Assembly (NCBI GenBank): GCA_963693365.1
Contig: CAVNZM010000003.1
Span: 12,497,651 to 12,561,650 of the forward strand
Direction of reading: 5' to 3'
Length of the DNA: 64,000 bases
DNA from: Amoebidium appalachense
Taxonomy: Eukaryota; Protista; Ichthyosporea
The notes under the pieces are model-generated. The model was given only the letters and a program-made list of their open reading frames with translations. It was not told the origin of the DNA and ran no database searches. Positions 11,471 through 40,422 of the stretch are shown one piece after another (position 1 is the stretch's first letter; each line of letters begins with the position of its first letter). The translations under genes and the position numbers were made by a program.

Positions 11471-12107
11471 AGATTCTGGAGAGAAGTAGGACGGGGGGAG
11501 GGGTAGGGGGCCTTCTGGGGGGAAGGTGATGGTGGTGGTGGGGTGGGGGGGGGGGGGGGGGGGGGGGGCAGGACCGGGGCAAGGGGGGGGGGGGGGAGGG
11601 GGGGGGGGAGGGGGAGGGAGGGAAGCAGGATCGGGGGGGAAGGGGGGGGGGGAGGGGGGAAGGGGTCTGGCATCATCAGCCTCCCATTAAATGAATCAAA
11701 CTCAGAAGTCTAAGCCTTGGATTTGCCAGGCCAGCCGGCTGCATAAAGATTTACATTTTGACGCTGAAGAAATTCATCTTCTAGGAATCAGCATTAACCC
11801 AGTGCGAGCAGTTACTTGCTAGGCTACGGCATCATATTTACACCAAGAATCGTCTTTCTCTGGTAGGTTTTTTTTTTTTTTGGCACACTGTCAGGTTATA
11901 TATCACGGAAGCAACTACATAAATCTACACACGTACATGTTGCCATTCATAGTACTGAAGTGTTTTGTTTGATGATGTTACCGACATTATTCACTGAGTT
12001 ACGTAGATTCATCCCTTGACGGACAATGGAGTGAGTTGGCTGCTAGGGCCAGTATCTTGTGTTTATCGTTTGTGTGGCTTGCGTGCATAGGTCTCTAAGA
12101 ATTTAAC

Positions 12108-13765
12108 TTAGGAGATTGAGCACTCTCCGCCCTTCTTGTTGTTTTCGTACTCGACCAGCCCCACCATGGCCATGGTCAGCAGGTGCATGGCTCGTTTCCA
12201 CCGCATACGGCTCTCGTCTGTTTGTAGGAATGTGTTTGTTTAGCGTGGGTAGGTTGGCGAGTAGAAAAACACGTGCCGTGTGTGTGTGTGTGTGTGACAC
12301 GCACAGGCAAAAATGTTTGTGACAGTTTTGTGTTTCTGTTTTAAGTTTTTTTTTGGGAAAGAGATGGATGGGAACGATTGGTTGGCCGGGAAGGAGGTGA
12401 GGGCCGGACCGGGGGGGAGAGGGGGGGGGTGAGGGGGGGGGGGGGGGGTATTTGGAGGAAGGGGTATGAGAGGGGGGGGGGGGGGGGGATTTGGAGGAAG
12501 GGGGAAGGGTATGAGAGGAGGGGGAGGGGGGGGGGGGGGGGTAATGAAGCAAGCTTTTTTTTGTGTGTGTGGAGGGGGGGGGGGGGGGGGGGAGGGAATG
12601 AGGGGGGAGTTGAGGAAGGGGGAGGAGGGGAAGATATTTTGAGCTTTTTGAATTTTCTTAGCTGATCCTCGACATCGGCCTCTTGGCATTCCTATCATCC
12701 CCATTCGTACGTATCTTCACGCTGCTTGGGCTTATCTCCCCCCCGCCCCCCCGCCCCCACATACACACATCCCACTTCACATCTACCATTCCCAAACTTT
12801 CCCACCCCCACCAGTTTTCCTTTCAGTGCCCAATGTGGATTTTATTGATCGACCCAGCCTGACCGGGGTGCAGTAGTATGGTGCATATACAAATGGAGGG
12901 GAGGGGGGGGAGGGGGGAGGAGTAGGAGGAGGGAGAAGGGGGGGGGGGGGGGAGGGGGGGAGGATGAAGAAGAGGATGGACGCTGATACGGCTGGTAGCA
13001 TACACAACTTATCTGATCAATTGCACCAAGCCGTATGTACATGCTGAGGTGTAAAGGATAAACGGGAAAATTGATAAGGGGTTGATGTCGTGGGTGAACG
13101 TGAGTGTTTTTTTACCCATGGGAGGAGCCCCAATGGGGGGGGTGGGGGGTGGGGGGGGGGGTGGGGAGGGAGGACGGAACTTCTGAAGGAAGAATGGAGG
13201 GAGAACGAGACACAGTGGGTGTGTGCCTGAGGGCAAAAGGGGGGAGGGAGGTAAGTTGGGGGGGAGGGGGAGGGTAGCGAGGGTTAGTTCAAAAAGAGTA
13301 GCTGAAAAGAAGAGGTGCGGTGGGTGGGGCCGGGGGGGAGGGGAGGGGGGGGGGTGGGGGGGTGGGGGGGAGGGTTGGTTCAAGCAGAAAGTCAACGGTA
13401 GATACATATATAAAGCAGAATGCAAGGGTTTTGGGATACGGGGGGGATGCGTACCATCGAACCTCTCTGCGCCCAGGTCACCCAGGGTGATGACCATGGT
13501 GTTGCTGAACTCATGGAACATCTCGGCTGTCACTCCCATGCGCGCATGCGACTTGGCTACTGCACGCAGTTGCGCCTCTGTGTGCAAAGAGTATGCAAAA
13601 GGTTAACGGTTATGGGTGTTGCAGTGTGCACACGGTGGCCTCTTTTCCCTGATTGTAGTTCAATTGGGGTCCTTTGACTGATTGATTGTGCTGGTTCGTG
13701 ATAATATGGTAGAGTGTGGGCCAGGAGGAGGGGTGATGGGGTAGTGGTGGTGATGATGATGGAGA

Positions 13766-13839
<74 letters not shown>

Positions 13840-14824
13840 GGATGGAAGGAGGCAGGGAGGGTGCACGGAAACTGGGTACACCCGGGGGAAGAGGGAGGGG
13901 GTAGGGGTTGGGGGGGGGGGGGGGTTGGGGGGGGGGGCAGAAGGTCATAATAAATAAATCGGCAGGGAGACGGGAAGAGTCTCAGAAGAGTGGGGTGTGG
14001 GTGGTAGTTGGGGGGGGAGGGGGGGAGGGGGGAAGGGGGGGGGGGGGGGAGAATACGTAAGGTTTTTACGAAATGCAATAACCGTTTATGCAACAAAACC
14101 ATGGTAGTCTATGAATAAACCGGAAACACGAAGGTAATGCAGGGTGTATGATTTTCACGTTCGAAGATGCCATGCAACCGTTTAACAAGGAAATGCATCT
14201 GATCATCGGACATACAACACCACACATATTAGGATACGTGCATAAGTAAGTCTGGATATGTCATTATTTTCTTTCTTTCTTTCTTTCTTTCTTTTTTTTC
14301 CCTTGCACACGAACTAGCCGGTAAACTAATATATAATGAGCACCCATGTATCAGGTAAGCATCGATTACCACTACGCATAATACATTCCAAGTATGCATC
14401 AACACCGTCACTTTTTCACCGATATATCATGGGTATTAGTTGGGTGGCCCACCCAGCTTGTCGGGCCTGTCCACCAATGCAATAACCTGCTGCAGTGCCC
14501 CGTATACGGCCTTGCCCTGCAGATCCATCCGCCCCTATCCACCCCACCTTGCACACATGAGTATTATTTCTACCTAGTTTAGCCCAATGCTTGGTATTTT
14601 CCATCAATAACCACATCAGATTTGGTTCTGCTTAGCTTAGCCCGGCTCCTGGTTTATTCGCTGCCCCCTCCTCCACGTGGCATGAAGGAATCCGTTGCTA
14701 TGCTTTCCATATTTCAACAAAATCCAAAATATTAGTATCTGCTCTGTCCCCCCCCCCCCCCCCCCCTCCCTAACCCCCTCCCTAACCCCACCCAACCCAC
14801 CCACCCACTTACCCCCTCCCCAAC

Positions 14825-14855
<31 letters not shown>

Positions 14856-14864
14856 GCTTTTTTT

Positions 14865-14925
<61 letters not shown>

Positions 14926-17378
14926 CACACACACACACACACACACAGGCCCATGCACACGCACACACGCACACACGCACCCATACAGGCTTACACGTAC
15001 ACCTTGTCACCAATTTTCATCATGCCCCCTCTCCCCCTCCTCCGGCCCCTCCTCCCCCAACCCACCCACCCACCCACCCCACCCCACAGAAAATCACACC
15101 TCCCCATCCTCCCACCACACCTTACCCTAATACCCGACTCCCCTACTCACCTGGAACACGTCCTTAGCCTCTGGGCAAGTCTTGAAGTACCTGGCGTAGA
15201 ATGCACTGAGGAACCTGTCCCTGTCCTCGGTGGCAATCTCCCAGTCGCGCCTCAGCTTAGGCTTGTCGTCCTTGAGGGCCTTGCGCAGCCACTTGGGCAT
15301 GCCGGCACTCTTGAACTGGATGTCCTCCATCAGCGACTGCAGCAGCTTGCTGACCTGTGTGGATAGTGGGGGTTGTTAGCTTAATTTCTTTGGTGTGTGC
15401 AGAGGTGGTAGGCACGATTGTGTGTGTGTGTGTGTATCTTGCTGACCTGCGCATGGTGGGGCGTTATGAAGCTTGATTTGCTTGTGTAGAGGTAGTGTGG
15501 TGGATGGTGAGTTTGTGTATATCTACTTCAATCAGATGTGAAGGGGTGGGTGGTGTGTTGATCATAGTAGTTGATTTGTGTTTGTATCGTAAGTGTGAGT
15601 TAAAAATTGTTTGTGTTTGGGATATACCATACATTTTCAATCACTTGGTTGCTTTGATAGGGCATGAGGGGGGGAGAGGGGTGCGAGAGGGGGGGGGGGG
15701 GGGGGGGGGGGGGGGGAAGGCAAGGGCATCTGCGTGCGTTTGTGTGTTGAGGGTACGAAGTGGGGGGGGGGGGGGGGGGGGGGGGAGAGGGGGGGGGGGG
15801 GGGGGGGGGGGGGCAGGGACATCTGCGTGTGTTTGCGTGTTGAGGGTACGAAGTGGGGGTGGGGGGGGGGGGGGGAGGTGGGGGGAAGGTGGAGGGGGCG
15901 CGGGAGGGGGGGGGGGGGGGAGGGGGGGGATTTACTCGTGTGTTGGTGTGTCAAGGGGAGGGGGGATGGAGAAGGGGGTGGTTGTGCTTAAGCAGGTTAA
16001 TAGGTATATGTGGGGGGTGGGTGGGGGGGTGGGGGGGGGGTAAACAACGGACAGGGAGGCAGAGCGGGGAGAAAAAAAAAGAGGGGGGGAGGGGAAGGGG
16101 ACCTAACCAGTGTGTAGGCATTCTCCCAAGCAGTCTGCATGGCAGGGGTCCAGTCAGCGCCGATGCGCTCTGCAATGGCAGCAATGAGTGCTTTCCCGAA
16201 TGCATCGAACATCTCAGCAGTGACGCCAATGTGCACGTGAGTGGCTGCCAGTTCTTGCATCTGGTCGCGGAGTTGCTCCCCGTTGTCGAGGTACTGCATC
16301 ATGCGGGAGAGTGCACCGGACATGGCGCGGGTTTGGTGGAAGGTGTTGTTGTTGAACATCAGCTTGGTCTGCGGGTGGAAACAAAAGAAACGTAAGTTAA
16401 CAAGTGATGGTGGTGGATAGCATCGAGGTGGTTGAGGTGGGTGAAAAGGTGCAAGGTGTCGGTGGTGGGGTTGGGGGGGGGGAAGGGGAGGAAGGGGGGG
16501 AAGGGGGGGGGGGGGGGGGGTTTGGGGTTGGTAAGATGGTGAGTGTCCACGTGCAAAAAACCTGTGACGGGGATTGGCTAAGTATCTGGAACACGAAATG
16601 CTAAAATGCTTCTGTGGTGTTTAGGTGCATTTTGGGGCAAGCTACGGACTCTCCAGGAATGAATTTTTTGGTATTATTTCCATTGACCTTTCCTTGTACA
16701 GCATTTTTTCCTTGCCGTGTATGCCCATATACGATCCCAATCAAATTCAATACTAGTAGCTCCAGGTTTTTTCGCTGGTGACCTTACGTTCACCCTCTTC
16801 CCCGTCCCCTACACCATCCTCCCAATGCTCCCCCCCCCCCCCCCCCCCCCCCCCCATCCCATCCTCCCAGTCCCCCCCCCCACCCCACACCGCCACACGT
16901 GCCAACATGCACACATACACACACAAAGAAACCCCGCTAACAACCCCACCTCTCCTTTGCATGCATCCCAACCAACCCCTCCCCTCCCCCCATCCCCCCC
17001 CCCCCCCCCCCCCAACTTCCCCCTATGCTTGTGTGAACATCCCCCCCCCCCCCCCCCCCCCCCCCCCTTTAGTTAGATTGCACTGTGTGCCCCTGGTTCC
17101 CGATGCTAGTGTTTATGCTTGTTAGAAGCGTTGATAGTGTGATGTGCAGGCGGGCGGGCGGGCGGATGGGGAGGTGTGGGAGAGGGGGCGGGAGGGGGGG
17201 GGGGGGGAAGAGAGAGGGGGAAGGGGTGAGGGGAGGGGGGGGGGAAAGGGGGGGAAGTAGGTATTAAGAAAATGAGGCCGAGCTTGAGAGATGAAGGGGT
17301 GTGTGTGTGTGGGGGGGGGGGGGGGGGGGGGGAGGGGGGGAGAGATGGAGGGGGTGAGGGGTGAGGGGTGAGAGGGAA

Positions 17379-17417
<39 letters not shown>

Positions 17418-17845
17418 GATGTAGATTCAGTCGTGTGGCATAATGATTATGACGGTTTGGAGATATTCCACGGATATTGCTTGTATGCATGCGTGCCAAA
17501 AAAGGGGAAAATATCATCATTCTGCATACTTAGTAACAAGATTTCGAGCCATTTTGGAGGAGTGGGAAGAGGAAAGGTGCTCACCTCAGGCATCATTATA
17601 AACAGCTTGTTGTAGAACGACTCGACCAACTCAGCCACAGGGGTGACGGACTTTGATTTCTTCTCACTGATAGCCAGCTGCCACGTGTGCTGGACAACAC
17701 GCTTGTGCTCACTCTGCAACATCTGAACGAGAACAGCGTCTGCACTGTCCAGACTTCCCCTGTCAAGGCTTGGCCCCCGTGCACTTACAAACTTGCTGCT
17801 GCCATTACCGAAACTGCCACCGCTTTTTCCTGAGCCCGTAGACAT
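12108..17845 (-). CDS. Two-domain globin (flavohemoglobin/single-domain-globin-like 3/3 fold) with C-terminal CaaX, 346 aa (exons 17845-17585, 16368-16108, 15354-15151, 14534-14453, 13577-13455, 12217-12108)
   Basis: Six phase-compatible GT-AG exons total 1041 nt. Both domains show TyrB10 (SFYNKLF, AFYARYF), PheCD1, GlnE7, proximal HisF8 (LAATHVHIGV, VAKSHARMGV) and an H-helix Trp. The protein ends KKGGECSIS*. Confidence 0.9.
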
Positions 17846-17990
17846 TTTTTCTGTTTTGAAAATTTAGAGTGGTGTACACGACTTGGTGGGGTGTGTTTGC
17901 AATGTGCTGGTCACTGTTGTGGTAAATTCGGTGTGGGTGAAGTAACGTTGCTGGGTGAAGGTTTAGCAGCTTGTCAACACCGTGTTGTGC

Positions 17991-17998
17991 ATTTATAT
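17991..17998 (-). promoter_or_regulatory. Putative TATA box of the globin gene
   Basis: ATATAAAT on the minus strand, ~150 bp upstream of the ATG. Confidence 0.4.
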
Positions 17999-19453
17999 GC
18001 ATGGACTCTTTTGGTTTCTTTGTACAAAAAAATGAAACACTAGGCCTCTAAAGAGTTAAGCAGGTAAAATAAAGAGTGTATGCCCAAAGCATGTGTATCG
18101 TCGTTTGCTTACTGAAGATATGATAATAAAGCCCCACTGGCGTACATACTGAGCAGTGAGGAGGTCTATTCTTTACAGCGACGAAAAAGGGAAATGAGAA
18201 ATCTGATGATATACCGCAACAAAAGAGCTGTGTTCTAATCACGTTCTTCCTTGTTTTACAGTTCCAACAGATGATTGAGGTAAAGAAGAAAGAGGGGAAA
18301 AGAAGGAATGCAAAAACTGTCAGAGTGCTACAGTCATTACTTCACTCCTTTGCCGTTTGCTGAAAACCTTTGATTTGAATTTTACTTTCCTTTTCACTCC
18401 TTTTCTATGTCTCTCTCACCAATGTCTTCGGCTTTTTCCTCGACTTCATATATTACGTTTCTGATTTCCCTTTCCTTTGGAATGCACAACTAAGCCTTTT
18501 TAGTCTTTCTCCCTTCTACAATAACCTCGCAACACAATCACTAAGTCTTTACAAAGCCCTCTCTTTTTTGATTCCCTTTCCACCCTTCATTCTGTCTATA
18601 ACACCCTCATAAACTTTTCCTCTAACCCTTTCTCCCCTCTTTTTTTTTTCAAATTTTCGTTTTCGTTTCGTTTTTCCCTGTGCTTGGCTCCAAAAGCCGG
18701 AAATGTGCTGATTGGTTCACACTGAAAGTTGCCAGATTTCACATGTCGTCATCACTTGAAAAAAGCCACTTTCCTTATCTTTTTCCTATGGACACAAAAC
18801 AAAAATGGAAACGGTTCTCATCCATAAGATTTATTTCTGCTTATTTTCTTCCCATGGAAATAGAAATCAGAAACTGTTCTTAGCCATACCATTTATCCCT
18901 AATTATTTCAGTGTCTTGTTAGAGAAATTTTGGTATGAGAAAAGATAATCATTATTCGTATACAGTGGGCACGTGCGGCAGTAACAGAGGAGTGCAAAAA
19001 TATCCCCACGGCATCACGCGTCCAGTCAAAGAGAGCCAGGTAAGAACACGTGTGTGCTCACACACCCACTTGCACGTGCATTATGCAGCTGCAGTGCCCA
19101 TCTGCCCCCCCCGTGGGCCCGTGGGCCCAGGGCGCTCACGCACCATAGATGGATGTGTGCATTGTTGTATTGTTCCCCTGGAACTGCAGTTGTGAAAAGC
19201 ATACTACGGATATCTCTAGCATCGGTGCACCGATATTAATTTACTAATCGTACACACACACCATATGCATGTGGACATACACACACTGAAACGACACACA
19301 TCTGGTCTCGCAGAAAAATATCAAACTACTTTTTTTGTGCTCATGATGGTGATTTGAGGTTTGAAGAGGCCGCAGGGGTGGGCAGAAAGAAGGATGGGGT
19401 TGGGGGTGGGGGGCCAGTTGGCCATGGTAGGGGGGGGAGAGAGGGGAGGGGAA

Positions 19454-19504
<51 letters not shown>

Positions 19505-19743
19505 GGGGGGGGGGGGGGGGGGGGGGGGAAGGGGATCCGGGGGGAGGGAGGGGAAGGAGGGGCAGGGTGGGCTCAAGGTTAATGGTGGAAAAGCTCTCTG
19601 TGAGGTCACAAGTTCTTTCAGGCTGATGAACTGGCTACCACTCTTACACAGACGTGGGTGGTGGTGGTGGTGGTGGTGATGGTGGTGGTTGTGGAGGGGA
19701 CCGAGGGGAGGGCAGGGGGGGTCGGGGAAGGCCCGTGGGGGGA

Positions 19744-19797
<54 letters not shown>

Positions 19798-20625
19798 GGG
19801 GAATGGGGAAAAGAGGAGGCCCGGTCCTGGCCCTGCAGGTCCACCCACTCACTCCCTGTTGAACTTCGTCTTACGAACATTCAGACTACTGGAGGATACG
19901 AAACTGTGTACAATGTATGTATGTGTATAAAAGCGGCAACCTGATGCAGGGTATACCGGTAGTGCAACCAGATTGAGAGTGCAGTAGATGTAAAACTTTA
20001 AGACACGGGGGAGGCAAGGCCGGGGGAATGGGGGGTGTCTGTGGGTGGGGGTTTGGGTGGGTGTGGGTGAGGGGGTGGGTGGGGGGAGGGGGAGGAGGGG
20101 GGGAAGGGGGGGGGGAGGGGAAGGGGGGATGACATGGTTGTATTGTACACGTGCGGGTGGGTCATTCATGGTCTTCAATAAACCGGAAAAACTCGCATAG
20201 CTGCTGTGGTTCGGTTCACACATGTGATTTTATTGGTCAAAAAAACAACAAATTTACACAGAAATACACCTACCGGCAGAGTCCAACCACAGCCTGTGCA
20301 CACCAGCACAACTGGAACATCAATTTGCATATCTAGAACAGCTATAATGGTATTAGGGTTAGAAAATCTCACAGTTCTATCATACATGCTAGCTCAAATC
20401 AACAAGATGTCGTTGTGTTCCGTACATATTTCCTACTTGACGTCTTAATCTCCGATTCACGAGTTAATTTTCAAAATGGCAAGTCACTACCAACCATGCA
20501 TAGGAAAAGAAGGAAAACCAACGTGGAAAACAGTCACCACACAAGCTTTATTCAATCGGCAGTAACCATCAATTCAATATCACTCTCAGAATGCCATTGC
20601 TTGTATATGTCGTATATTGGTAGCA

Positions 20626-20677
<52 letters not shown>

Positions 20678-21013
20678 AGATCACCACCACCAAACACACA
20701 CCAACTCCCCCCACCAACCCCCCCCCCCCCCCCCCCCCCCCGGAGGAATATCAGAAGCCTGCATAATAGATATACCGAAAGTTTGCATGTTTGCCCTTCT
20801 ATGCGTGTACATGTACTGTTACTACCTTGCCTGTCTGCATAAGCAATGCGTCCAGTTATACACAAGTATAATATTACTTGCCCATAAATACACTACTTTT
20901 CCAATGCCAAAAACACACCATTCCCTTCTCGTCGTGTCACACGCACACACACACACGTACACGCACGCACACACACACACGCACACACGTACACACACAC
21001 GCACGCAAAAACG

Positions 21014-21091
<78 letters not shown>

Positions 21092-21104
21092 ACACCAACC
21101 CCAC

Positions 21105-35375
<14,271 letters not shown>

Positions 35376-36499
35376 GGTTGCGGTTCTCACACTATGTGGA
35401 TGCCAGGGTTATGATGGGAAAGTGTCTAATGTCGATAAGAGGAAGACGGGGGCTAGGGGGGGAGGGTTATTAATCGTCTGGGTGTGTTGGGAGAACTAAC
35501 AAAATGATGTTTGTTTGGTAATAAATGATTTCTTGCTGGTTGCTCGGAAACAGTTAGGATTGAAATGAAAAATGATGGTAGAAAATATGTATGCTATGGT
35601 TTCTGCACGAGACTGCTTTTTATCCTCCCTTACACGGCTACTCGAGCTCTACACATATGCTACATACTAAGGTAAAAAGACTAATGTGAAGCCACGAAAC
35701 ACTGAGGCACCCACAACACCGCAAAAAACGTTACATACTGTGACGCTCAGTACTTGACCGCCCCGGTTCCAAATAAATTCCAAAACCCTTTTTCTAATCG
35801 GATTGGCTAGAAAACCGGTCAGAAGATCGTTTAACGTTTAAAGTTTAAAACCTTCATCATTATTTTCTATAATGTTGAACTATTGTTGTCCGTTTAATAA
35901 ATTTAAGAAAACAATCATTCTAAAGAACAAACACTTTTAAAAGAGTAATATCAGGTAGCCAGCATACTTCTCTTGTTATTGGATCAAGCAGTATACCAAT
36001 CAAATTATAGTTGTTTTGAAAGATCACATACCAACGTTTTATCGAAGCGTGAACCCCTTTTTCTGCTGCAGCCCCGTCTGGGCCACTGGCCTTCGTCCCC
36101 CGAGTCCCCCAGTGGTACCGTATCCCTTGGCTTTGGGTTTCTGCATATGTTTTTTGCACACTGCGAACTGTAGAGCAGCAGTATTACGGTGCCTACGTGT
36201 TGCCTACTTTGACGTAGAAAGCAAAGCCTCGAGAGTCAAGCGGCTCTCAGAGTCAGATTTGCTTGCGCAGCTCATGCATAGATCCATATATGTACATAAA
36301 TGAACTTCAGCATAAGCCCTGGAACTTCTGCGTGTCACTTTTTGGCCGCACAGTGACACTCCCGTGGGGTAATGAGCGATGTTCTTGACGGCTCCGGCAG
36401 CTGTATAGATAGTTATCCATCACTGTAGGCCACACCCAGAGGACGGGAAGGGGACCGGTGAGGGGCCACAGGGGGGGGGAGGGAGTCTGGTGGGCCGAG

Positions 36500-36559
<60 letters not shown>

Positions 36560-36745
36560 GGGAGGAAGGGAGGGATCGAGGGAGGGAGGGAGAGATGCAA
36601 GGGGAGAGCGAGAAAGAGGGGCGGTCGGGGGGGGGGGGGGGGGGGGAGGGGGGGGGGCTGGGATGGGGCGGAGGAGGGAGAGTGGTAGAAAAGGAGAGAT
36701 GAAGAGACGGAGGGAGGGGGAGAGAGAGAGAGAGCCTCGGTGGGT

Positions 36746-36778
<33 letters not shown>

Positions 36779-36900
36779 GGGAGAGAGAGAGAGAGAGATA
36801 GAGAGAGGTAGACAGAGAGAGAGAGAAAGAGAGGGAGGTAGGAAGGGAGAGAGGGATCGGGGGGGGGGGGGGGGGGGAGAGGAGGGGGGGGGGGGGGGAG

Positions 36901-36939
<39 letters not shown>

Positions 36940-37154
36940 CAAGAGAGAGGAATTTGAAAGACTTGAGCCGGCCGAGCTTCGAAAGAGGTGAAGGGCCGAG
37001 AAGTGCATGCACACTGCTGAAACAAAGGGCCAACAAAGCACACAACCAACCACCAACTCAGTTGAAATTGCTCCTGGACCACCACTTTAATTTTTGAAAG
37101 CTCGTGAACAATGAGAGTATACTATGCCAAATATATCATGATCCGATCCATGAT

Positions 37155-37271
<117 letters not shown>

Positions 37272-37651
37272 TGCACTATTTGCCTACCATGGCCAAAGGA
37301 TCGTGCACATTCACTGGTCGCAGCTCCAAAAACATCGCTTAAGCCTTCATGTCTTCCTGAATTTACTACCACACCTGCTCCAGCGGCCAAAATCAGAAAC
37401 TTATGATGCTCCTCGGGCCTAGTAATCTGTAGCGCAGCAATATGAAAAAAGGTGAAGAGAGCCCATTGGCTTAAGGTCATGCGCAAAATGTAAAGGGAAA
37501 TGCCGGCAAGGATGGCCGTAAGGGAGGGAGGAGAACTGGGGGAGAGGGGGGGGGGGGGGGGTGGACCAAAGTCACGTCATGAAAAAAAAAAAACGGCCTA
37601 AGTAATGGCGCAACGGGCTGAAGAGAAGGAGGGAGGAGAGGAGGTGTGTGT

Positions 37652-37711
<60 letters not shown>

Positions 37712-37802
37712 CGAAGTTTTTATGAACTTCGAAAATGGCCGAAGTTATGCAACGCAGCAGAATGAAACGGGCTGAACAACCTGGGAGGGAGCAAAAGGGG
37801 AA

Positions 37803-37836
<34 letters not shown>

Positions 37837-37867
37837 GAGGAGGGGATGGAGTGGGGTGGGGTGGGGT

Positions 37868-37898
<31 letters not shown>

Positions 37899-38008
37899 TC
37901 AGTAAAAAAGGAGCCGGGGGCTAAGTAGAAGGGAACAGGAGGGGTGAGCCTCGGAGGGCGTGCGTGCCCGATCTGTCACAGCTTGTGAAATTTCGACATG
38001 TGTGTGTG

Positions 38009-38082
<74 letters not shown>

Positions 38083-38751
38083 GCGTGTGTGTGCGTGTGT
38101 GTGTGTGTGTGGAGAAGGGGTGGGGAAGGGAGGAAGGCTTCAAGATTATAATGGCATTAAAAGGGGTTTCTTTCAGCTTTTCGGGCCGGGTCGGGTCAGA
38201 GGCGATATTAGCTATGATTGGCGTGCTGCGCATCAGCTGCGCACCATCGTCTTGCTGGCAGCAAGTTACAGATGCAAGAAAAGGAAAAAAAAGGAAATGA
38301 AGAAGGGAAGAATAATAATTAAGCGTTTGGAAGAAGATTGCATGTTCATATTATGATTTGTATGCTGAGTAAATGGCTTCACCCGGATGTGCTGAAATGG
38401 GGACAATTAATCAACTTAAAAGAAACCCCCTTTAAAGAGCCAAAACTCGGCTCTGGGAAAAGATTGCAGAATGAAAAAGTACCGTTATGTAGACGCAATT
38501 TTCGTTAATAGACTGGCCCGGCCCCGGCCGGGGGGGGGGGGGGGGGGGGGGAGGGGGGGGGGGGGGGGGGGGGGGGGCTCATTCTTAGCTCATAGGACCC
38601 AAAATCATATGCATATCATGGAATAAGTTAGTAACATACTCTAATGATCAACATGATGATCATCACTGCGTATACCTGGTTATACGGTAATAAAAATGGT
38701 TGTGACGGAAGTTCTTGTGCACATGTACAGAGCGCAACGGTAACGGCTACG

Positions 38752-38842
<91 letters not shown>

Positions 38843-38852
38843 GCGTGCGTGC

Positions 38853-38919
<67 letters not shown>

Positions 38920-38963
38920 TGTGTGTGTGTTTATGTGTGTGTGTGTTTGTGTGTGTGTGTGTT

Positions 38964-39037
<74 letters not shown>

Positions 39038-39678
39038 GCTAAGGGGGAGATTTGAATTTATCTTTACAAAACAATATGACGGGTGGTTTCTAGGCCATCA
39101 TTCGAAACTAAAGCAAGATTAGCCCCCAATGTCGGCCCCACCAATGATGCTGCAGGGGAAAAAAAAAGAACAAAAAAAAAAAAGCAGCAACCAACCCGCC
39201 TGGAAAAGTTACAGAATGGCAAAGCCTCTTCCCCCCCCCCCCCCCCCCCCCCCCCTCCTCCCCCCCCCCCCCCTACAAACTTCTCTGATTCGCAGCTCCA
39301 CACTTAACTTGCGAATGTGCCAATTGTCAAACAAAATCCAATTACCATTGGTCTGTTAGGGTTACTGTATCCTTTGAAGCTTGCTCAGGCCAGCGGCCAA
39401 TGTGAAGCAGAAAACTCAGCAACCTCACCTATCAGGCATGTCACGAGTCGGACACAATAAGGAAAGAGTTGAGATACTGGTAATGCGAATGGGCAACTAG
39501 CCTAGTGGCCGGGTATATGCCTAGACGAGAGGAAATCCCCTCCTGTGCTGTTTTTTTCTTTTCTTTTTCCTTTTATTATCGTTATGATTATTCAATATTA
39601 TTATTTCCAGTATTATTATTATTATGGGGGGGAAGGGGGGGAGGAAGGGAGAGAGAGAGGGAGGGGGGGGCGCACAGT

Positions 39679-39748
<70 letters not shown>

Positions 39749-39818
39749 ACGTACAGTAATTGTGTGTGGTGTGTGCACATGTGTGCGTGTGTGAGTATGT
39801 GTGAGTGTGTGCACGCCA

Positions 39819-39915
<97 letters not shown>

Positions 39916-40388
39916 ACGTATAGTACTAGTAATTGTGTGTGGTGTGTGCACATGTGTGCGTGTGTGAGTATGTGTGAGTGTGTGCACGCCACAGTGTGTG
40001 AGTGTGAGTGTGTGTGTGTGTGACTGTGTATGTGTGTACGGGGCAACGTGTATGTGTGTCATGTGTATCATAACGGTCACAGTGTTTGTATGTGCTTGTT
40101 TACATTGCCAAAAGCTTAAGTGTGTGTGTGACACTGTGCACACAATGCAACTCACGTGCACGTACGTGCGTGCACCCGGTCCAATGTGTACCATATATGC
40201 ATGCACTAGCGTATTATCATCATTAAAGGGCCTATAGATAGTCCTCGGATTCGAAGGCTAAATTTCGAAGCAAAGTATTTGAAACCACGAGCTTCTATTA
40301 CCATCCATGTGCTACCATAGCCAATATTTCAGGAGTGGGAAGTCACGAACGTCCCCCCCCCGCCCCCCCCCCCCCCTCCCCCCCCCCG

Positions 40389-40422
<34 letters not shown>

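Noticed and set aside
13009-13043. Alternative last exon of the globin gene (ACTYGLVQLIR*)
   Set aside because: Lacks the H-helix Trp pattern supplied by exon 12217-12108
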